From Candidatus Iainarchaeum sp. (lineage in GTDB: Archaea; Iainarchaeota; Iainarchaeia; Iainarchaeales; JAZDFD01): a stretch of 64,000 nt of DNA. The first letter of the stretch is position 1; every line of letters begins with the position of its first letter. The translations under genes and the position numbers were made by a program. Where the stretch lies: NCBI GenBank assembly GCA_043808155.1, contig JAZDFD010000026.1, forward strand, positions 39,673-103,672, read 5' to 3'. Under the pieces are notes generated by a model. It saw nothing but the letters and a program-made list of their open reading frames with translations, was not told the DNA's origin and ran no database searches. Shown here one piece after another: positions 53,020 through 64,000 of the stretch.

Positions 53020-55893
53020 ATGAATTATCAAAAAATAGAGCAAAAATGGCAGAAAAAATGGAAGGACGAAAAGCTATTTGAGCCGAGCATAGATGCAAAG
53101 AAAGAAGGATTCTATGTTCAGGTTGCTTATCCCTATCCAAGCGGTGCAATGCACATAGGCCATGCAAGGACTTATACTGTTACAGATATCGCTGCAAAAT
53201 ATCACAAACTGAAAGGATTTAATGTTCTAATGCCAATGGGCTGGCATGTTTCCGGAATCCCAGTAATTGCAACTGTGGAACTTATACATAATAAAGATGA
53301 GAAAACTCTCAGTAAAATGAAAAATGTTTTTAAAATTCCCGAAAAAGATTTAAAAGAATTAGATACACCTGAAGGATTTGTAAATTACTTTGTGAATAAA
53401 GCAGAGTATGGTTACAAAAACGGATTTGGGATTTTAGGTTTTGGAATTGACTGGAGAAGAGAACTTACAACAGTTGATCCGCAATATAATAAATTTATTC
53501 AGTGGCAGTACAGGAAACTTCATTCAAAGGGGCTTGTTGGGAAAGGGACTTATCCTGTAAGATATTGCCCGCATGATGAAAATGCAGTTGGTGACCATGA
53601 TTTAAGTGAAGGCGAAGGTGTAGGAATTCAGGAATTCACTCTTTTGAAATTCAAATACAAAGACATGTTTATTACTGCGGCAACACTACGTCCGGAAACT
53701 GTTTACGGGCAGACAAATATCTGGGTAGATCCTGAAACAGAATATGTTATTGCAAAAGTTGATAATGAAAAATGGATTTTAAGTAAAGAAGCATCAGAGA
53801 AACTGAAATTCCAAAATAAGAAAATTGGGATTGTTGGAAAAATTAAAGGAATAGAAATGATTGGTGATAAAGCTGAAGCGCCAATGATTCACAAAGAGCT
53901 TCCGATATTTCCATCTCACTTTTGTAATCCTGCAATTGGAACAGGAATTGTTACGTCAGTACCTAGTGATGCACCAGATGATTATATTGGACTTAAAGAT
54001 TTGTGGGAAAATGAAGAAGAATGTAAAAAATATGGTTTACGTGCTGAAGATGTGAAAAAAATTGAAATAATTCCAATAATCACTTCTGAAAAGTTAGGCG
54101 ATTTAGCTGCAGTTAAAATTGTTCAGGAAATGGGAATCAAAAATCAGAATGAAAGAGGAAAACTGGAAGAAGCCAAAAAAATTGTTTACAAAGAAGGCTA
54201 TCATAAAGGTGTGATGAACAAAAACTGCGGAAAATACGCAGGAATGAAAGTTGAGAAAGCCAAAAACACAGTTAAGAATGAAATGATTAAAGCAAAAGAA
54301 GCAGATTTGTTTTATGAATTAGAAAATTCAGTTGTCTGCAGATGCGGAACAAAATGTGTAGTTTCATTACTGAGCGATCAATGGTTCGTAAAATATGGAG
54401 ATATTAAATGGAAAAAAGAATCTGAACAGACTTTGAAGAATATGAAAATTGTCCCCGAACTTTTCAGAACGCAGTATGAAAATGTTTTTGGCTGGCTCGA
54501 GGATAAGCCTTGCACGCGTGCAAAAGGATTAGGAACTAAATTTCCATGGGATGAAAACCAGATTGTGGAACCATTAGGAGATTCAACAATTTACATGGCA
54601 TATTTCACTATAAGCCATATTGTGAAAACAATTGATGCAAAGAAATTAAATGACGCGGTTTTTGATTATGTGTTTTTGGGCAAAGGAAATTCCGAAAAGA
54701 TTACAAAAGAAACAGGGATTGAAAAAAAGAAAATTGAACAAATGAGAAAAGAGTTTGATTACTGGTATCCATTGGCATTTAATGTGAGTGCGACTGAACT
54801 GATTCCAAATCATATGAGCTTTTCCATTTTCCAGCATACTGCAATTTTTCCAAAAAATAAGAGGCAACGGGGCACTTTGAATCTGGGGATGCTGGTAATT
54901 GAAGGGCAAAAAATGGCTTCGTCTAAAGGAAATGTTGTTTTGGTAAATGATATCTGCAAAGAGATTGGAACAGATATGCTGAGATTCTTTTTGATGAATT
55001 TTATGGAACCATGGATGGAAGCAAACTGGAAACAAAGCGATGTTGAAACAGGATTAAAAGCAATGAATAATTTTATTGGGAAATTATATGAAACTGCAGA
55101 GGAAGTTAAAAATGCAAAAGTAATTAATGAAAAAAAACTTTCAGAAGCAGATAACTGGATTTTAAACCAATTCAAAATCAAAAAAAATTGTGCTATTGAT
55201 GCTTATGAAACAATGCACTTGCGAAGTGCGATGCAGGAACTTGCATTCAAATTCATAAATGATTTGAAATGGTATGAGAGACGAACAGACGGCAAATTAA
55301 ATTCAGAAATTATGAAAAAAATGATTTCCGAATGGACAATTTTAATGTCGCCAGTAATGCCTCACATTTGCGAAGAAATTTGGGAATCATTAGGAAACAA
55401 AAAATCAGTTTTTGAATCAAAATTACCAAAAAAAGAAAAAATAGATGACAAAATTGAAAAACAGGAAGAATTGCTGAGAGAGATTCTTACAGATGTGATT
55501 GAAATAAAAAAACTCTCAGGAATTGAAAAACCTAAAAGAATAGTGATTTACACCTCTCCAAAATGGAAATGGGATGCAATTAAAAAAATTGCCGAAGTAA
55601 CAAAAGATCGACCTGATTTTGGAAAAGCAATGAGTGTTGTAATGAAAATACAGGAAGCGCGTGACGAAAGAAAGAATGCAGAAAAATTTGTGAAGGCTTC
55701 AATGAAAAGAGCAGCACAGATTGAAGGATTAAAAGAAATGGATGAACTTAAAATAATTGAAAACGCAAAAACATTCCTTGAAAAAGAAACTAATTCAAAA
55801 ATAGAGGTTTATTCCGCAGAAAAACCAAAAGAAGATTCTGCTAATAAAGCAAAAAATGCAATGCCTCTAAAACCTGCTATTTTTATTGAATAA
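53020..55893 (+). CDS. leuS: Leucine--tRNA ligase (archaeal type)
   Basis: YPYPSGAMHIGH, ATLRPET, GTGIVTSVPSDAPDD, KMASSKGN. Confidence 0.96.
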   Translation: MNYQKIEQKWQKKWKDEKLFEPSIDAKKEGFYVQVAYPYPSGAMHIGHARTYTVTDIAAKYHKLKGFNVLMPMGWHVSGIPVIATVELIHNKDEKTLSKMKNVFKIPEKDLKELDTPEGFVNYFVNKAEYGYKNGFGILGFGIDWRRELTTVDPQYNKFIQWQYRKLHSKGLVGKGTYPVRYCPHDENAVGDHDLSEGEGVGIQEFTLLKFKYKDMFITAATLRPETVYGQTNIWVDPETEYVIAKVDNEKWILSKEASEKLKFQNKKIGIVGKIKGIEMIGDKAEAPMIHKELPIFPSHFCNPAIGTGIVTSVPSDAPDDYIGLKDLWENEEECKKYGLRAEDVKKIEIIPIITSEKLGDLAAVKIVQEMGIKNQNERGKLEEAKKIVYKEGYHKGVMNKNCGKYAGMKVEKAKNTVKNEMIKAKEADLFYELENSVVCRCGTKCVVSLLSDQWFVKYGDIKWKKESEQTLKNMKIVPELFRTQYENVFGWLEDKPCTRAKGLGTKFPWDENQIVEPLGDSTIYMAYFTISHIVKTIDAKKLNDAVFDYVFLGKGNSEKITKETGIEKKKIEQMRKEFDYWYPLAFNVSATELIPNHMSFSIFQHTAIFPKNKRQRGTLNLGMLVIEGQKMASSKGNVVLVNDICKEIGTDMLRFFLMNFMEPWMEANWKQSDVETGLKAMNNFIGKLYETAEEVKNAKVINEKKLSEADNWILNQFKIKKNCAIDAYETMHLRSAMQELAFKFINDLKWYERRTDGKLNSEIMKKMISEWTILMSPVMPHICEEIWESLGNKKSVFESKLPKKEKIDDKIEKQEELLREILTDVIEIKKLSGIEKPKRIVIYTSPKWKWDAIKKIAEVTKDRPDFGKAMSVVMKIQEARDERKNAEKFVKASMKRAAQIEGLKEMDELKIIENAKTFLEKETNSKIEVYSAEKPKEDSANKAKNAMPLKPAIFIE

Positions 55894-55909
55894 GAATTTA
55901 CATAAGAAA

Positions 55910-57622
55910 TTATTTGGAATTTACTTCTAAAATATTAGGGATATCTGAAAGTTTTGAAATGAGAATATTAGTTTTATTTGCACTATCAACTTCTGCAATG
56001 ATTGATGACCTGAGCATGTCTTTTCTGGGAAATTCTGAAAGAACATATTTTATATTAATGCGTTCATCTGCAAAAACTTTTGTGATATCTGCAAGAAGAC
56101 CTATCCTGTCACGTGCAGAGAGTTGAATTGTAACTTCTCCAAAATTGCAATGATTTTTTGTAGTAAATGTTGGTTCAGTCACACCAAGTTTTTTTTCAAT
56201 CTCTTTTTTTGTTTTATTTAATCTTACAAAATCAAGCCAATGTTTATTTACTGTGTCGAATTCAGCAAACATCAATTCTATTTTATCGCCTTCTTTAAGA
56301 TTATACCACAAAGGCACACTTTTACCATTTACACGTGCACCAATTGATTTATTTGCTAATTCGGAATTAATGAAATATGCAAAATCTAAAGGCGTGGAAC
56401 CAAATGGAAGATCCAGTACATCCCCCTCATTTGTAAAAACAGAAATAGTATCGCGTAATAAATCAGTCTGCAATGTTTCAAGAAAACCTTCACAAACAGC
56501 ATCTTCTAAAATATATTCTAAATTATAAATTCGTTTTCTTACAAGATTGTACATTTTTTGGGGGTCATAAATATATGCAATTACTCCTTTTTTTATCAGA
56601 TTGTCCATTTCTTCTGTTCTTATTGAAATTGAACACTGGCTGCCGTCTGAACCAATTACATTTGTGGCGATTAATTTATCCAAACCAGAGGGATTATGTA
56701 TTTTATCAGTAAAATTATTAGGGATTGGGAAATAAAGCGAATGCAAAATTCCCAAAACATTGTAACAATCCTCTACTTTTTTTGTTTTAATAACAAGAAC
56801 AGAACAATCAGTAATGGACTCCAGAGGATTTCTCGCCATTTTACGTCTTATTTGATAATTACTTTTTTCATGAATTTCAAAACTTGCATTTTTTCCAGTT
56901 TTTTTTATTGCGTCATCTAATTTTTCAATCATTTTTTTGAATTCAATTGCTCTTTGTGCTCGGAGCGGGGCAATTTGTCTGTCAACAATTGCATTAAGCT
57001 CAGGTCTTGCAACTGGAAAAGCTAATTTTTCAATTTCATTTCTCATTGAGTGAATTCCTAATTTGTGAGCCAATGGAGCATACACATCTAATGCAAAATT
57101 TGAAATTTGCTTCTGCAATTCAACAGGCAAATATTCAATAGTTCTAAGATTGTGAATTTTATCTGCTAATTTAACAACAATAACTCTGAAATCTTTTGCA
57201 ACAGAGAAAAGCATTTTTTGTAAAGCTGAAAGTTCCTTGTCAGTTTTTGAATGTGCTGTAATCTGATCAAGTTTTGTTACGCCTTCAACTAATTCAGTTA
57301 TTTCTTTTCCAAATTCAACTTCAAGCTCTTTTTTTGTAACAGGTGTGTCTTCCAGAACATCATGCAATAAACCTGCTGCAACTGATTCAGGACACATGCC
57401 AAAATTAGCAATAATATATGCGACATTGTAAGGGTGAATAAAATATGGTTCACCTGACGCTCTTTTCTGATCTTTATGTGCATTTTCAGCAAAAAGATAT
57501 GCTTTTTTTATAAGTTCAAGACTCTTTACATCAAAATTATAGAACTTTCTTTCCATAACAAAGACTAAATTTTCTAAGTCTGGTTTTTGTTCAACAACTT
57601 CTTCCAGATACATTTTTGTCAC
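55910..57622 (-). CDS. Long RelA/SpoT homolog: intact HD hydrolase, degenerate synthetase, TGS and ACT domains
   Basis: HKDQKRASGEPYFIHP, LLHDVLEDT, KLADKIHNLRT; TGS LPFGSTPLDFAY; ACT DRIGLLADIT. Confidence 0.9.
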   Translation of the reverse strand: MTKMYLEEVVEQKPDLENLVFVMERKFYNFDVKSLELIKKAYLFAENAHKDQKRASGEPYFIHPYNVAYIIANFGMCPESVAAGLLHDVLEDTPVTKKELEVEFGKEITELVEGVTKLDQITAHSKTDKELSALQKMLFSVAKDFRVIVVKLADKIHNLRTIEYLPVELQKQISNFALDVYAPLAHKLGIHSMRNEIEKLAFPVARPELNAIVDRQIAPLRAQRAIEFKKMIEKLDDAIKKTGKNASFEIHEKSNYQIRRKMARNPLESITDCSVLVIKTKKVEDCYNVLGILHSLYFPIPNNFTDKIHNPSGLDKLIATNVIGSDGSQCSISIRTEEMDNLIKKGVIAYIYDPQKMYNLVRKRIYNLEYILEDAVCEGFLETLQTDLLRDTISVFTNEGDVLDLPFGSTPLDFAYFINSELANKSIGARVNGKSVPLWYNLKEGDKIELMFAEFDTVNKHWLDFVRLNKTKKEIEKKLGVTEPTFTTKNHCNFGEVTIQLSARDRIGLLADITKVFADERINIKYVLSEFPRKDMLRSSIIAEVDSANKTNILISKLSDIPNILEVNSK

Positions 57623-59367
57623 ATTTCCTCAGGTAAGTTAATATTTAATAGATTCAAGCCTATTTTAAGGATAATTGAAACTCCTAAAACAAGCCCTAAA
57701 CGAGCTATTCTAAGCTGTTTTTCAGAGTTAATTACCTGTGTTGAGTGATAAAATGAATTAAACGCACTTGACAGCTCTAAAAGATACTGGCATAAATTAT
57801 GTGGTGACTTTGAATCTAATGTGAGATTTACAGCAGATTCGAAACCTGCAATTAATGAAATTATATTCTGTTCAGGTTCTGAATTGAGCTGTGAAAAATC
57901 TGCTTTTTTGAAATTTTTTTCGTTAGCTTTTCTAAGTATGCTTTTTGCACGTGCGTAAGTGTAAAGTAAATAGGGTCCTGTTTCGCCCTCAAATTTCAAG
58001 GAATCTTTCCAGTCAAAAACAATTGTTTTTGCATTATCTCTGTTCAGCATTCCGAATTTAATTGCAGCAAGTGCAATCTGTTCGGCAGTTTTTGAAATCT
58101 TTTTTTCATTCCAATCAGAGTGTCTTTTCTTGGTTTCCTTGTAGGTTTGAGCATACATTTTCTCAAATAACTCATCATAAAGAACAACTGTTCCTGCACG
58201 GGATGACATTTTACCTTCTTTAAGATTCAAAAGACCATATGATACATGCTGGGTTTTTGCAAAAACTGGTTTCCATTGTTCACCTAAGATTTCAATTGTT
58301 TTTATTAATTGAGTGAAATAAAAATTTTGCTCATCTGCAACAACGTTATATGAAATCTCAGGTTTGTATTCCTGCTTTTTCATTTTTGCAAGCCCCAAAT
58401 CTTTTGTGGAGTAAAGAGGCATTCCGTCACTTTTGAGGAGAAGGAATTTTTGTAGTTTGTATTTTTCTAAATCAATTATTAACGCGCCATCACTTTCTTC
58501 AATTAACCCTGATTTTTTAATTTGCTTAACAATCTCTAAACCTGGTTTTTCAGTTTCACTTTCAAAATATAATCTGTCGAATTTGATTCCTAATTGTTTG
58601 TAAATGCTGTCAAAATAATCTAAACTCCATTTTCTTGTTTTTTTCCAGAGTTTCATAAGCTCAGGATTTGAGTTTCCATACATTTCAGAAACAGTATTAC
58701 GCATTTGCTGTTCAAGAGTTTCTTTTTCAGGTGATTTGTCAATTCGTTTGTTTGCATCAGTGTAGATTTCCCCGAGCCATTTGCCTTTATTATATTTGAT
58801 TTCTTTTTCCTTGTCTTTGTAGAAGTTGTCATAAGCCCACAAACACTTTGCAATATGCGGGCCTACATCGCCCTGAAAATTTGCGCGTATCACTTTATAG
58901 CCTTTCTTTTCAAACAAGCGGGAAAGCGTTTCTCCAATTGAGAGATTTCTTATATAACCAATATGAAATGCTTTGTGAGTATTTGCCTGACAGGATTCAA
59001 CAATTATTTTTTTTCCTTTTCCTTCTTTTGAGTCGCAGAATTTCTCTTCATCATTTAAAACCTGTTCAAGTACTTTCTGAGCAAACATCTTCTTATTCAC
59101 AAAAAAATTCAAATAAGGTCCCACAACCCTTGATTCTTCGATGGATTTAGGCAATTTTAGGGTTTTCTGTAAGGAAACAGCTATTTCTGTGGGGTTTTTG
59201 TGCATAATAGGGCTCAATTTAAAGCAGGGCAGGGCGTAATCCCCCATTTTTCGCTCTGGGGGACGTTCAATTAACGCTTTTATCTCATTCTTATTCATTT
59301 TGCCTTTAAGTGGGCCTGTTAAAGCAGTTATAACTGCATTTTTGAAATAATCCATACTAATCCCCAA
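57619..59367 (-). CDS. argS: Arginine--tRNA ligase
   Basis: GDYALPCF, GPYLNF, KMSSRAG, FEGETGPYLLYTYAR, C-terminal PEEM. Confidence 0.96.
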   Translation of the reverse strand: MGISMDYFKNAVITALTGPLKGKMNKNEIKALIERPPERKMGDYALPCFKLSPIMHKNPTEIAVSLQKTLKLPKSIEESRVVGPYLNFFVNKKMFAQKVLEQVLNDEEKFCDSKEGKGKKIIVESCQANTHKAFHIGYIRNLSIGETLSRLFEKKGYKVIRANFQGDVGPHIAKCLWAYDNFYKDKEKEIKYNKGKWLGEIYTDANKRIDKSPEKETLEQQMRNTVSEMYGNSNPELMKLWKKTRKWSLDYFDSIYKQLGIKFDRLYFESETEKPGLEIVKQIKKSGLIEESDGALIIDLEKYKLQKFLLLKSDGMPLYSTKDLGLAKMKKQEYKPEISYNVVADEQNFYFTQLIKTIEILGEQWKPVFAKTQHVSYGLLNLKEGKMSSRAGTVVLYDELFEKMYAQTYKETKKRHSDWNEKKISKTAEQIALAAIKFGMLNRDNAKTIVFDWKDSLKFEGETGPYLLYTYARAKSILRKANEKNFKKADFSQLNSEPEQNIISLIAGFESAVNLTLDSKSPHNLCQYLLELSSAFNSFYHSTQVINSEKQLRIARLGLVLGVSIILKIGLNLLNINLPEEM

Positions 59368-59469
59368 CTTTCTGAACTCTGCTCAACGCTGTAGAAAGTA
59401 TACTATGTTCAAAGTTGTTCTTTAATGTTTTTGTATGCTTCACGGAATGGGATTCTAGAAATTTTAAAA

Positions 59470-60087
59470 TTAGTTTGTTTTCTTTATTCTTTTTAATCTG
59501 AAAACGTCTTCTCTTTCCATTTCATCAAGACGTAATCTGATGAATTTTGCGCTTGCAGTCATTTCAGGAATCACTTTAAACTCAAGTGCGTTTACTCTTC
59601 TTTTGGTTTTGTCAATTTCTATAAGCATTTTTCTGAGTGTTGTTTCAATTTCTGCAGCAATGATTATGTTCTTTATTACATGTTCATATGCTTCTGCAGT
59701 ATCACCAACGTAAGCAGAAGTGCCGATGATTCCATAACCTCTTTCATAGGGAAGCTGAACACGATATTCACTATTTACTTCAGGTACGATTACACCCATT
59801 ACTGCTTTTGTTTTTACATCAACTTGTGATTTTTGTTTCAGTGCAAGTGCTGCTGATTTCACAACAAGTGTTCCTTCAACTGCACGTGCAAGTTCAACAG
59901 TATTTTTTGCTTCAATATAGGAATCCTGAAGTAGTGACTTACTTTCCTTTGCTTTCTTTAAAACCTCAAAGAACTCTTTGATTAATCCGTCACGTTTTCT
60001 TTTTAAAAGTCCGTGACCAGATTTAGCTAATTTGATTTTCTTATTGAGTTTGATTAGCTCAGATCTTGTTGGTTTTACTTTAGCCAT
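59470..60087 (-). CDS. atpD: A/V-type ATP synthase subunit D
   Basis: KPTRSEL, LLKRKRD, KTKRRVNALE. Confidence 0.96.
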   Translation of the reverse strand: MAKVKPTRSELIKLNKKIKLAKSGHGLLKRKRDGLIKEFFEVLKKAKESKSLLQDSYIEAKNTVELARAVEGTLVVKSAALALKQKSQVDVKTKAVMGVIVPEVNSEYRVQLPYERGYGIIGTSAYVGDTAEAYEHVIKNIIIAAEIETTLRKMLIEIDKTKRRVNALEFKVIPEMTASAKFIRLRLDEMEREDVFRLKRIKKTN

Positions 60088-60172
60088 TTAATCACATTCA
60101 AATTCAGTTTTTTTCTTGTCACTTTCGTTTTATTTTCACTTATTTTTCTTCTTTGGTTTGTTTCATTTCCAA

Positions 60173-61558
60173 TTATTTCTTTTCTGAAGTTGCTTTCTTG
60201 TCCTTCCCTAAATATTTTTCAATTAATGAATCATCAATTCTTGTTAATTCACTTCTTGGAAGGATTTTCAGAAGTTCCCAGCCCAGGTCAATAGTGTCAT
60301 TTATGTTTCTGTTTTCTCTTTTGCCCTGAGTTACGAATCTGTTTTCAAATTCTTCTGCAAATTTCAAAAATTTCTGGTCACGTTCACTCAATGCTTCTTC
60401 ACCAACAATTGCAACAAGGCCTCTTAATTCACGGCCCTCTGCATAAGCAGCATACATCTGATTTGAAACTGCTTTGTGGTCATCGCGTGTTGAATTTTTT
60501 CCAATTCCTGCATTCATTAATCTGCTCAGACAGGGAAGAACATCAATTGGTGGGTAAATTCCTCTCATGTGAATGTCACGTCCCAAAACAATCTGGCCTT
60601 CGGTAATGTAACCAGTTAAGTCTGGAATTGGGTGTGTAATATCATCACCAGGCATTGTAAGAATTGGGAACTGTGTTATAGAACCTTTTTTTCCTTTAAT
60701 CAAACCTGCTCTTTCGTAAATTGATGCTAAGTCTGTGTACATGTAACCTGGATAACCGCGTCTTCCCGGAACTTCTTCACGCGCTGCACCAATTTCACGT
60801 AATGCTTCGCAGTAATTTGTCATATCTGTAAGAATTACAAGCACATGCATATCCTGAGTGAATGCTAAGTATTCAGCTGCAGTTAGTGCCATTCGCGGAG
60901 TTACAATTCTTTCAATAGCAGGATCATCTGCTAAATTCAAGAAGACAACTGCACGTTCAAGTGCACCTGTCTGTTCAAAGTCATTAATGAACTGCTGAGA
61001 TTCTTCATTCGTAATTCCCATTGCAGCAAATACAACTGCAAAATTTCCGCCTTCAACTTTAACCTGACGCGCGATTTGTAATGCAATGTCATTGTGCGGA
61101 AGACCAGCTGCTGAGAAAATTGGTAATTTCTGTCCTTTAACTAATGTGTTCATTCCATCAATTGTTGAAATTCCTGTCTGAACAAAATCTTTTGGCGGAC
61201 TTCTTGCATAGGGGTTAATTGCAGCACCATTTACATCTCGTTTTTCATCAGGAATTATTTCCGGACCATCATCAATTGGTTTTCCCAAACCAGACATAAC
61301 TCTTCCGAGTAATTCTTTTGAACAATTAAGAGTGACTGTTTTTCCTAAGAATTTTACACCAGTTTTTGCATTTATTCCGGAAGTGCCTTCAAAAACCTGA
61401 ACAACAACAATATCTTTTGAAGTATCTAACACCTGTCCGTTTTTTGTTGAACCATCTGGAAGTTTAATTTCCACAAGTTCACCATAACCTACATCGTGTG
61501 TTTTTTCAACAAACACAAGCGGGCCTGCAATTCTTGAAATTGTTTTGTATTCTCTCAT
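60173..61558 (-). CDS. atpB: A/V-type ATP synthase subunit B
   Basis: [34 protein letters not shown]. Confidence 0.97.
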   Translation of the reverse strand: MREYKTISRIAGPLVFVEKTHDVGYGELVEIKLPDGSTKNGQVLDTSKDIVVVQVFEGTSGINAKTGVKFLGKTVTLNCSKELLGRVMSGLGKPIDDGPEIIPDEKRDVNGAAINPYARSPPKDFVQTGISTIDGMNTLVKGQKLPIFSAAGLPHNDIALQIARQVKVEGGNFAVVFAAMGITNEESQQFINDFEQTGALERAVVFLNLADDPAIERIVTPRMALTAAEYLAFTQDMHVLVILTDMTNYCEALREIGAAREEVPGRRGYPGYMYTDLASIYERAGLIKGKKGSITQFPILTMPGDDITHPIPDLTGYITEGQIVLGRDIHMRGIYPPIDVLPCLSRLMNAGIGKNSTRDDHKAVSNQMYAAYAEGRELRGLVAIVGEEALSERDQKFLKFAEEFENRFVTQGKRENRNINDTIDLGWELLKILPRSELTRIDDSLIEKYLGKDKKATSEKK

Positions 61559-61571
61559 TTGTCATCACCCC

Positions 61572-63314
61572 TTAAGCAGAAATCTTTTTGAATTCTACAG
61601 TCATCTCCTTTGAAATTTTTTCGATTTCTTTTTCGAATTCCTTCTCAGGAATTGACCAAGCTTTTGTAAGCTTTGCTTTTGAATTCATGTTTACAATGCT
61701 GTCAATTGCTACACCTGCATCAATTGCAGTCTCTGCCTGATTTGAAAAACTAATCATTGACTTAAGCATCCCGTATTGTTTCTTTAATGAACAATATGAA
61801 TCAACTTCATGGAATGCGTTTTGCTGCAAAAATCCTTCTCTCAAAATTTTTGCAGTTTCTAAAGTTAATCTTTCTTTTTCCGGCAATGCATCTGAACCAA
61901 CCAACTGCACAATTTCCTGCAGTGCGGATTCTTTCTGCAAAATCTGCATTGTTTTTCTTCTTATTTCTGGCCAGTCTTTTCCAACATTGTCAACATACCA
62001 TGAACTTAAGGTTTCAGAGTAAAGACTGTATGACTCCAGCCAGTTAATTGACGGGAAATGTCTTCTCTGTGCAAGCTTTGCATCTAATGCCCAGAACACT
62101 TTTGTAATTTTTAATGTGTTTTGAGTTACTGGTTCTGAAAAATCCCCTCCAGGAGGACTTACTGCACCAATTGCAGTTACTGAACCCATCTTGCCTCCGG
62201 AACCTAAACATTTTACACGGCCTGCACGTTCATAAAATGCAGAAAGCTTCGATGCCAAGTATGCGGGATAACCTTCTTCACCTGGCATTTCTTCAAGCCT
62301 TGATGAAATTTCACGCATTGCTTCTGCCCATCGTGAAGTTGAGTCAGCCATTAATGAAACATCATAACCTTGGTCTCTGAAATATTCTGCAATAGTCATT
62401 CCAGTGTAAACAGATGCTTCACGTGCAGCCACTGGCATGTTTGAAGTGTTTGCAATTAACACAGTTCTTTCCATCAATGGTCGTCCTGTTTTAACATCCA
62501 TTAATTCAGGGAATTCTGTAAGAACTTCGGTCATTTCATTTCCGCGTTCTCCGCATCCAATGTAAACAACAATTTCAGCGTCACTCCACTTTGCTAACTG
62601 CTGTTGAGTAACAGTTTTACCTGAACCAAATGGCCCTGGAATTGAACCTGCACCGCCTTTTGCAATTGGGAACAATGAATCTAAAATTCTTTGTCCAGTT
62701 ATCAAAGGAATGTTTGGTAGGAATTTTTGTTTGCTTGGTCTTGGTTGTCTTACTGGCCAAAAGTGGCTTAAACCAAGTTTTTCACCTTTTTCCAAAACTG
62801 CAACAATATCACGCACTGTAAAGTTTCCAGAACTGATAGATTTAATCTTACCTGAAATCATTGGTGGAACTAAAATTTTGTGAACAATGTTGTGGGTTTC
62901 TTGCACTGTTCCTAAAACATCTCCGCCAACTACTTCATCGCCTTTTTTTACGGTTGCTTTAAACTCCCATTTCTTTTTAATATCAAGTCCGGGAACTGAA
63001 GCACCTCTTAAAATAAAATCTCCCATTAACTCAGTTAATGCGGGAAGTGGTCTTTGAATTCCATCATAAATAGTTGTAAGCATTCCAGGTCCTAACTCAA
63101 TTGATAATGGCATACCTGTATTTTCAACAGGTTCACCTGGTTTCAATCCAGTAGTTTCTTCATAAACCTGAATTGTTGCTTTTTTTCCGTTTATTTGGAT
63201 TACCTCGCCCATTAGTCTTTCTTTTCCGACTCTTACCAAATCATACATTCTTGCATCTAAATTATCTGCAATAACGACTGGTCCGGAAACTCTGTATATT
63301 TTTGCTACTTCCAT
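61572..63314 (-). CDS. atpA: A/V-type ATP synthase subunit A (no intein)
   Basis: [25 protein letters not shown]. Confidence 0.97.
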   Translation of the reverse strand: MEVAKIYRVSGPVVIADNLDARMYDLVRVGKERLMGEVIQINGKKATIQVYEETTGLKPGEPVENTGMPLSIELGPGMLTTIYDGIQRPLPALTELMGDFILRGASVPGLDIKKKWEFKATVKKGDEVVGGDVLGTVQETHNIVHKILVPPMISGKIKSISSGNFTVRDIVAVLEKGEKLGLSHFWPVRQPRPSKQKFLPNIPLITGQRILDSLFPIAKGGAGSIPGPFGSGKTVTQQQLAKWSDAEIVVYIGCGERGNEMTEVLTEFPELMDVKTGRPLMERTVLIANTSNMPVAAREASVYTGMTIAEYFRDQGYDVSLMADSTSRWAEAMREISSRLEEMPGEEGYPAYLASKLSAFYERAGRVKCLGSGGKMGSVTAIGAVSPPGGDFSEPVTQNTLKITKVFWALDAKLAQRRHFPSINWLESYSLYSETLSSWYVDNVGKDWPEIRRKTMQILQKESALQEIVQLVGSDALPEKERLTLETAKILREGFLQQNAFHEVDSYCSLKKQYGMLKSMISFSNQAETAIDAGVAIDSIVNMNSKAKLTKAWSIPEKEFEKEIEKISKEMTVEFKKISA

Positions 63315-63604
63315 AAGTCAACACCCACACTCCTTTTGATTAAATCTCTAATATCCGTCTGCTCGCCTTTACTTGACACCTTTACAACAACCGGCGTTAC
63401 TAACTTCTCGAGTTTTGTTTTTGTTCTATGTAAAAGTTTGTTGTAACTTTCATTTTCCATTACAAGAATGCCTAGGTCTGAATCTCCAAGTGCTTCATCA
63501 ACTTTTGAATCTAGTGAACCTTCCGAAACAAAAACTTTCTTAACTCCGGCAAGTAAAAATCCTGTTACAAATTCATCATTTCCTAAAACTGCTATTTCCA
63601 TCAC
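63305..63604 (-). CDS. atpF: A/V-type ATP synthase subunit F
   Basis: IAVLG...GFLLAG...IKRSVGVDL. Confidence 0.93.
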   Translation of the reverse strand: MMEIAVLGNDEFVTGFLLAGVKKVFVSEGSLDSKVDEALGDSDLGILVMENESYNKLLHRTKTKLEKLVTPVVVKVSSKGEQTDIRDLIKRSVGVDLWK

Positions 63605-63642
63605 ATACCACTTCTAATTTTCATCACATTTAATTATCACAT

Positions 63643-64000
63643 TTACAATACCAACTGCGCCTCAATTGTTTCTACAGATAATCCTGCATGCTTTCCTCTT
63701 GCAATTATTCTTAAATTTCGGATTTCGTTTTCTTTTGCAACGAAATAACCTAACACAGGTCTGATGTTTTTCTTAAATTCATGAACCATTTTCAATGCGC
63801 CCTGAACTAGATTTTTTCTGAGAAAAATTCTCTTCTCAAGTTTTTCCAAATCCTGAGGAACCTGAATTAATTCAGTTCCGCCATCAATCCAATAATTATA
63901 ATCACCCAACCGTTCAGTACGCAGACTATTGAGTGTGTTTATTGTGTTAATTTCTTGTACAATATATTTTTTCAGTTCTGGTTCTGCGTGTTCCAAGACA
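63643..64000 (-). CDS. atpC: A/V-type ATP synthase subunit C, 3' part
   Basis: PVLGYFVAKENEIRNLRIIARGK; operon position before atpF. Confidence 0.88.
   Translation of the reverse strand, partial: VLEHAEPELKKYIVQEINTINTLNSLRTERLGDYNYWIDGGTELIQVPQDLEKLEKRIFLRKNLVQGALKMVHEFKKNIRPVLGYFVAKENEIRNLRIIARGKHAGLSVETIEAQLVL

Noticed and set aside
61572-63314. Intein in ATP synthase subunit A
   Set aside because: The length (580 aa) is normal and the Walker A region is uninterrupted.

Overview
AT-rich archaeal chromosome segment, most likely from a DPANN lineage. The best guess is Iainarchaeota/Diapherotrites-like, inferred from the divergent archaeal rRNAs, FEN1/PAN/MBF1, A-type ATP synthase and DPANN-style surface proteins. 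It holds a purine and cofactor cluster (purM-F-S-L-Q, guaB, frameshifted purA, ribBA, ribL, type II PanK), four aminoacyl-tRNA synthetases (tyrS, alaS, leuS, argS), ftsZ, pan, fen1, L40e, L41e and atpC/F/A/B/D. RNA genes are a 16S-tRNA(Ala)-23S operon without 5S, RNase P RNA and five tRNAs (Leu and Glu carry introns). Accessory content is two RHH-RelE toxin-antitoxin pairs and many lipoprotein, Cys-rich or basic orphan genes. The most striking unexplained structure is a modular palindromic element family attached to stable-RNA genes. tRNA-Leu and tRNA-Ala sit inside homologous leader+trailer cassettes with compensatory base changes. A core motif ATATGT-[hairpin]-RRTAATAT occurs five times, including inside the tRNA-Glu intron, and the Leu copy ends in an att-like duplicate of the tRNA 3' end. 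Other highlights are a hydrolase-only long RelA/SpoT homolog, rRNA substitutions at near-universal peptidyl-transferase and decoding positions, a duplicated promoter+signal-peptide cassette and a candidate sRNA next to fen1. All alignments and folds were done by eye; no database searches were run.
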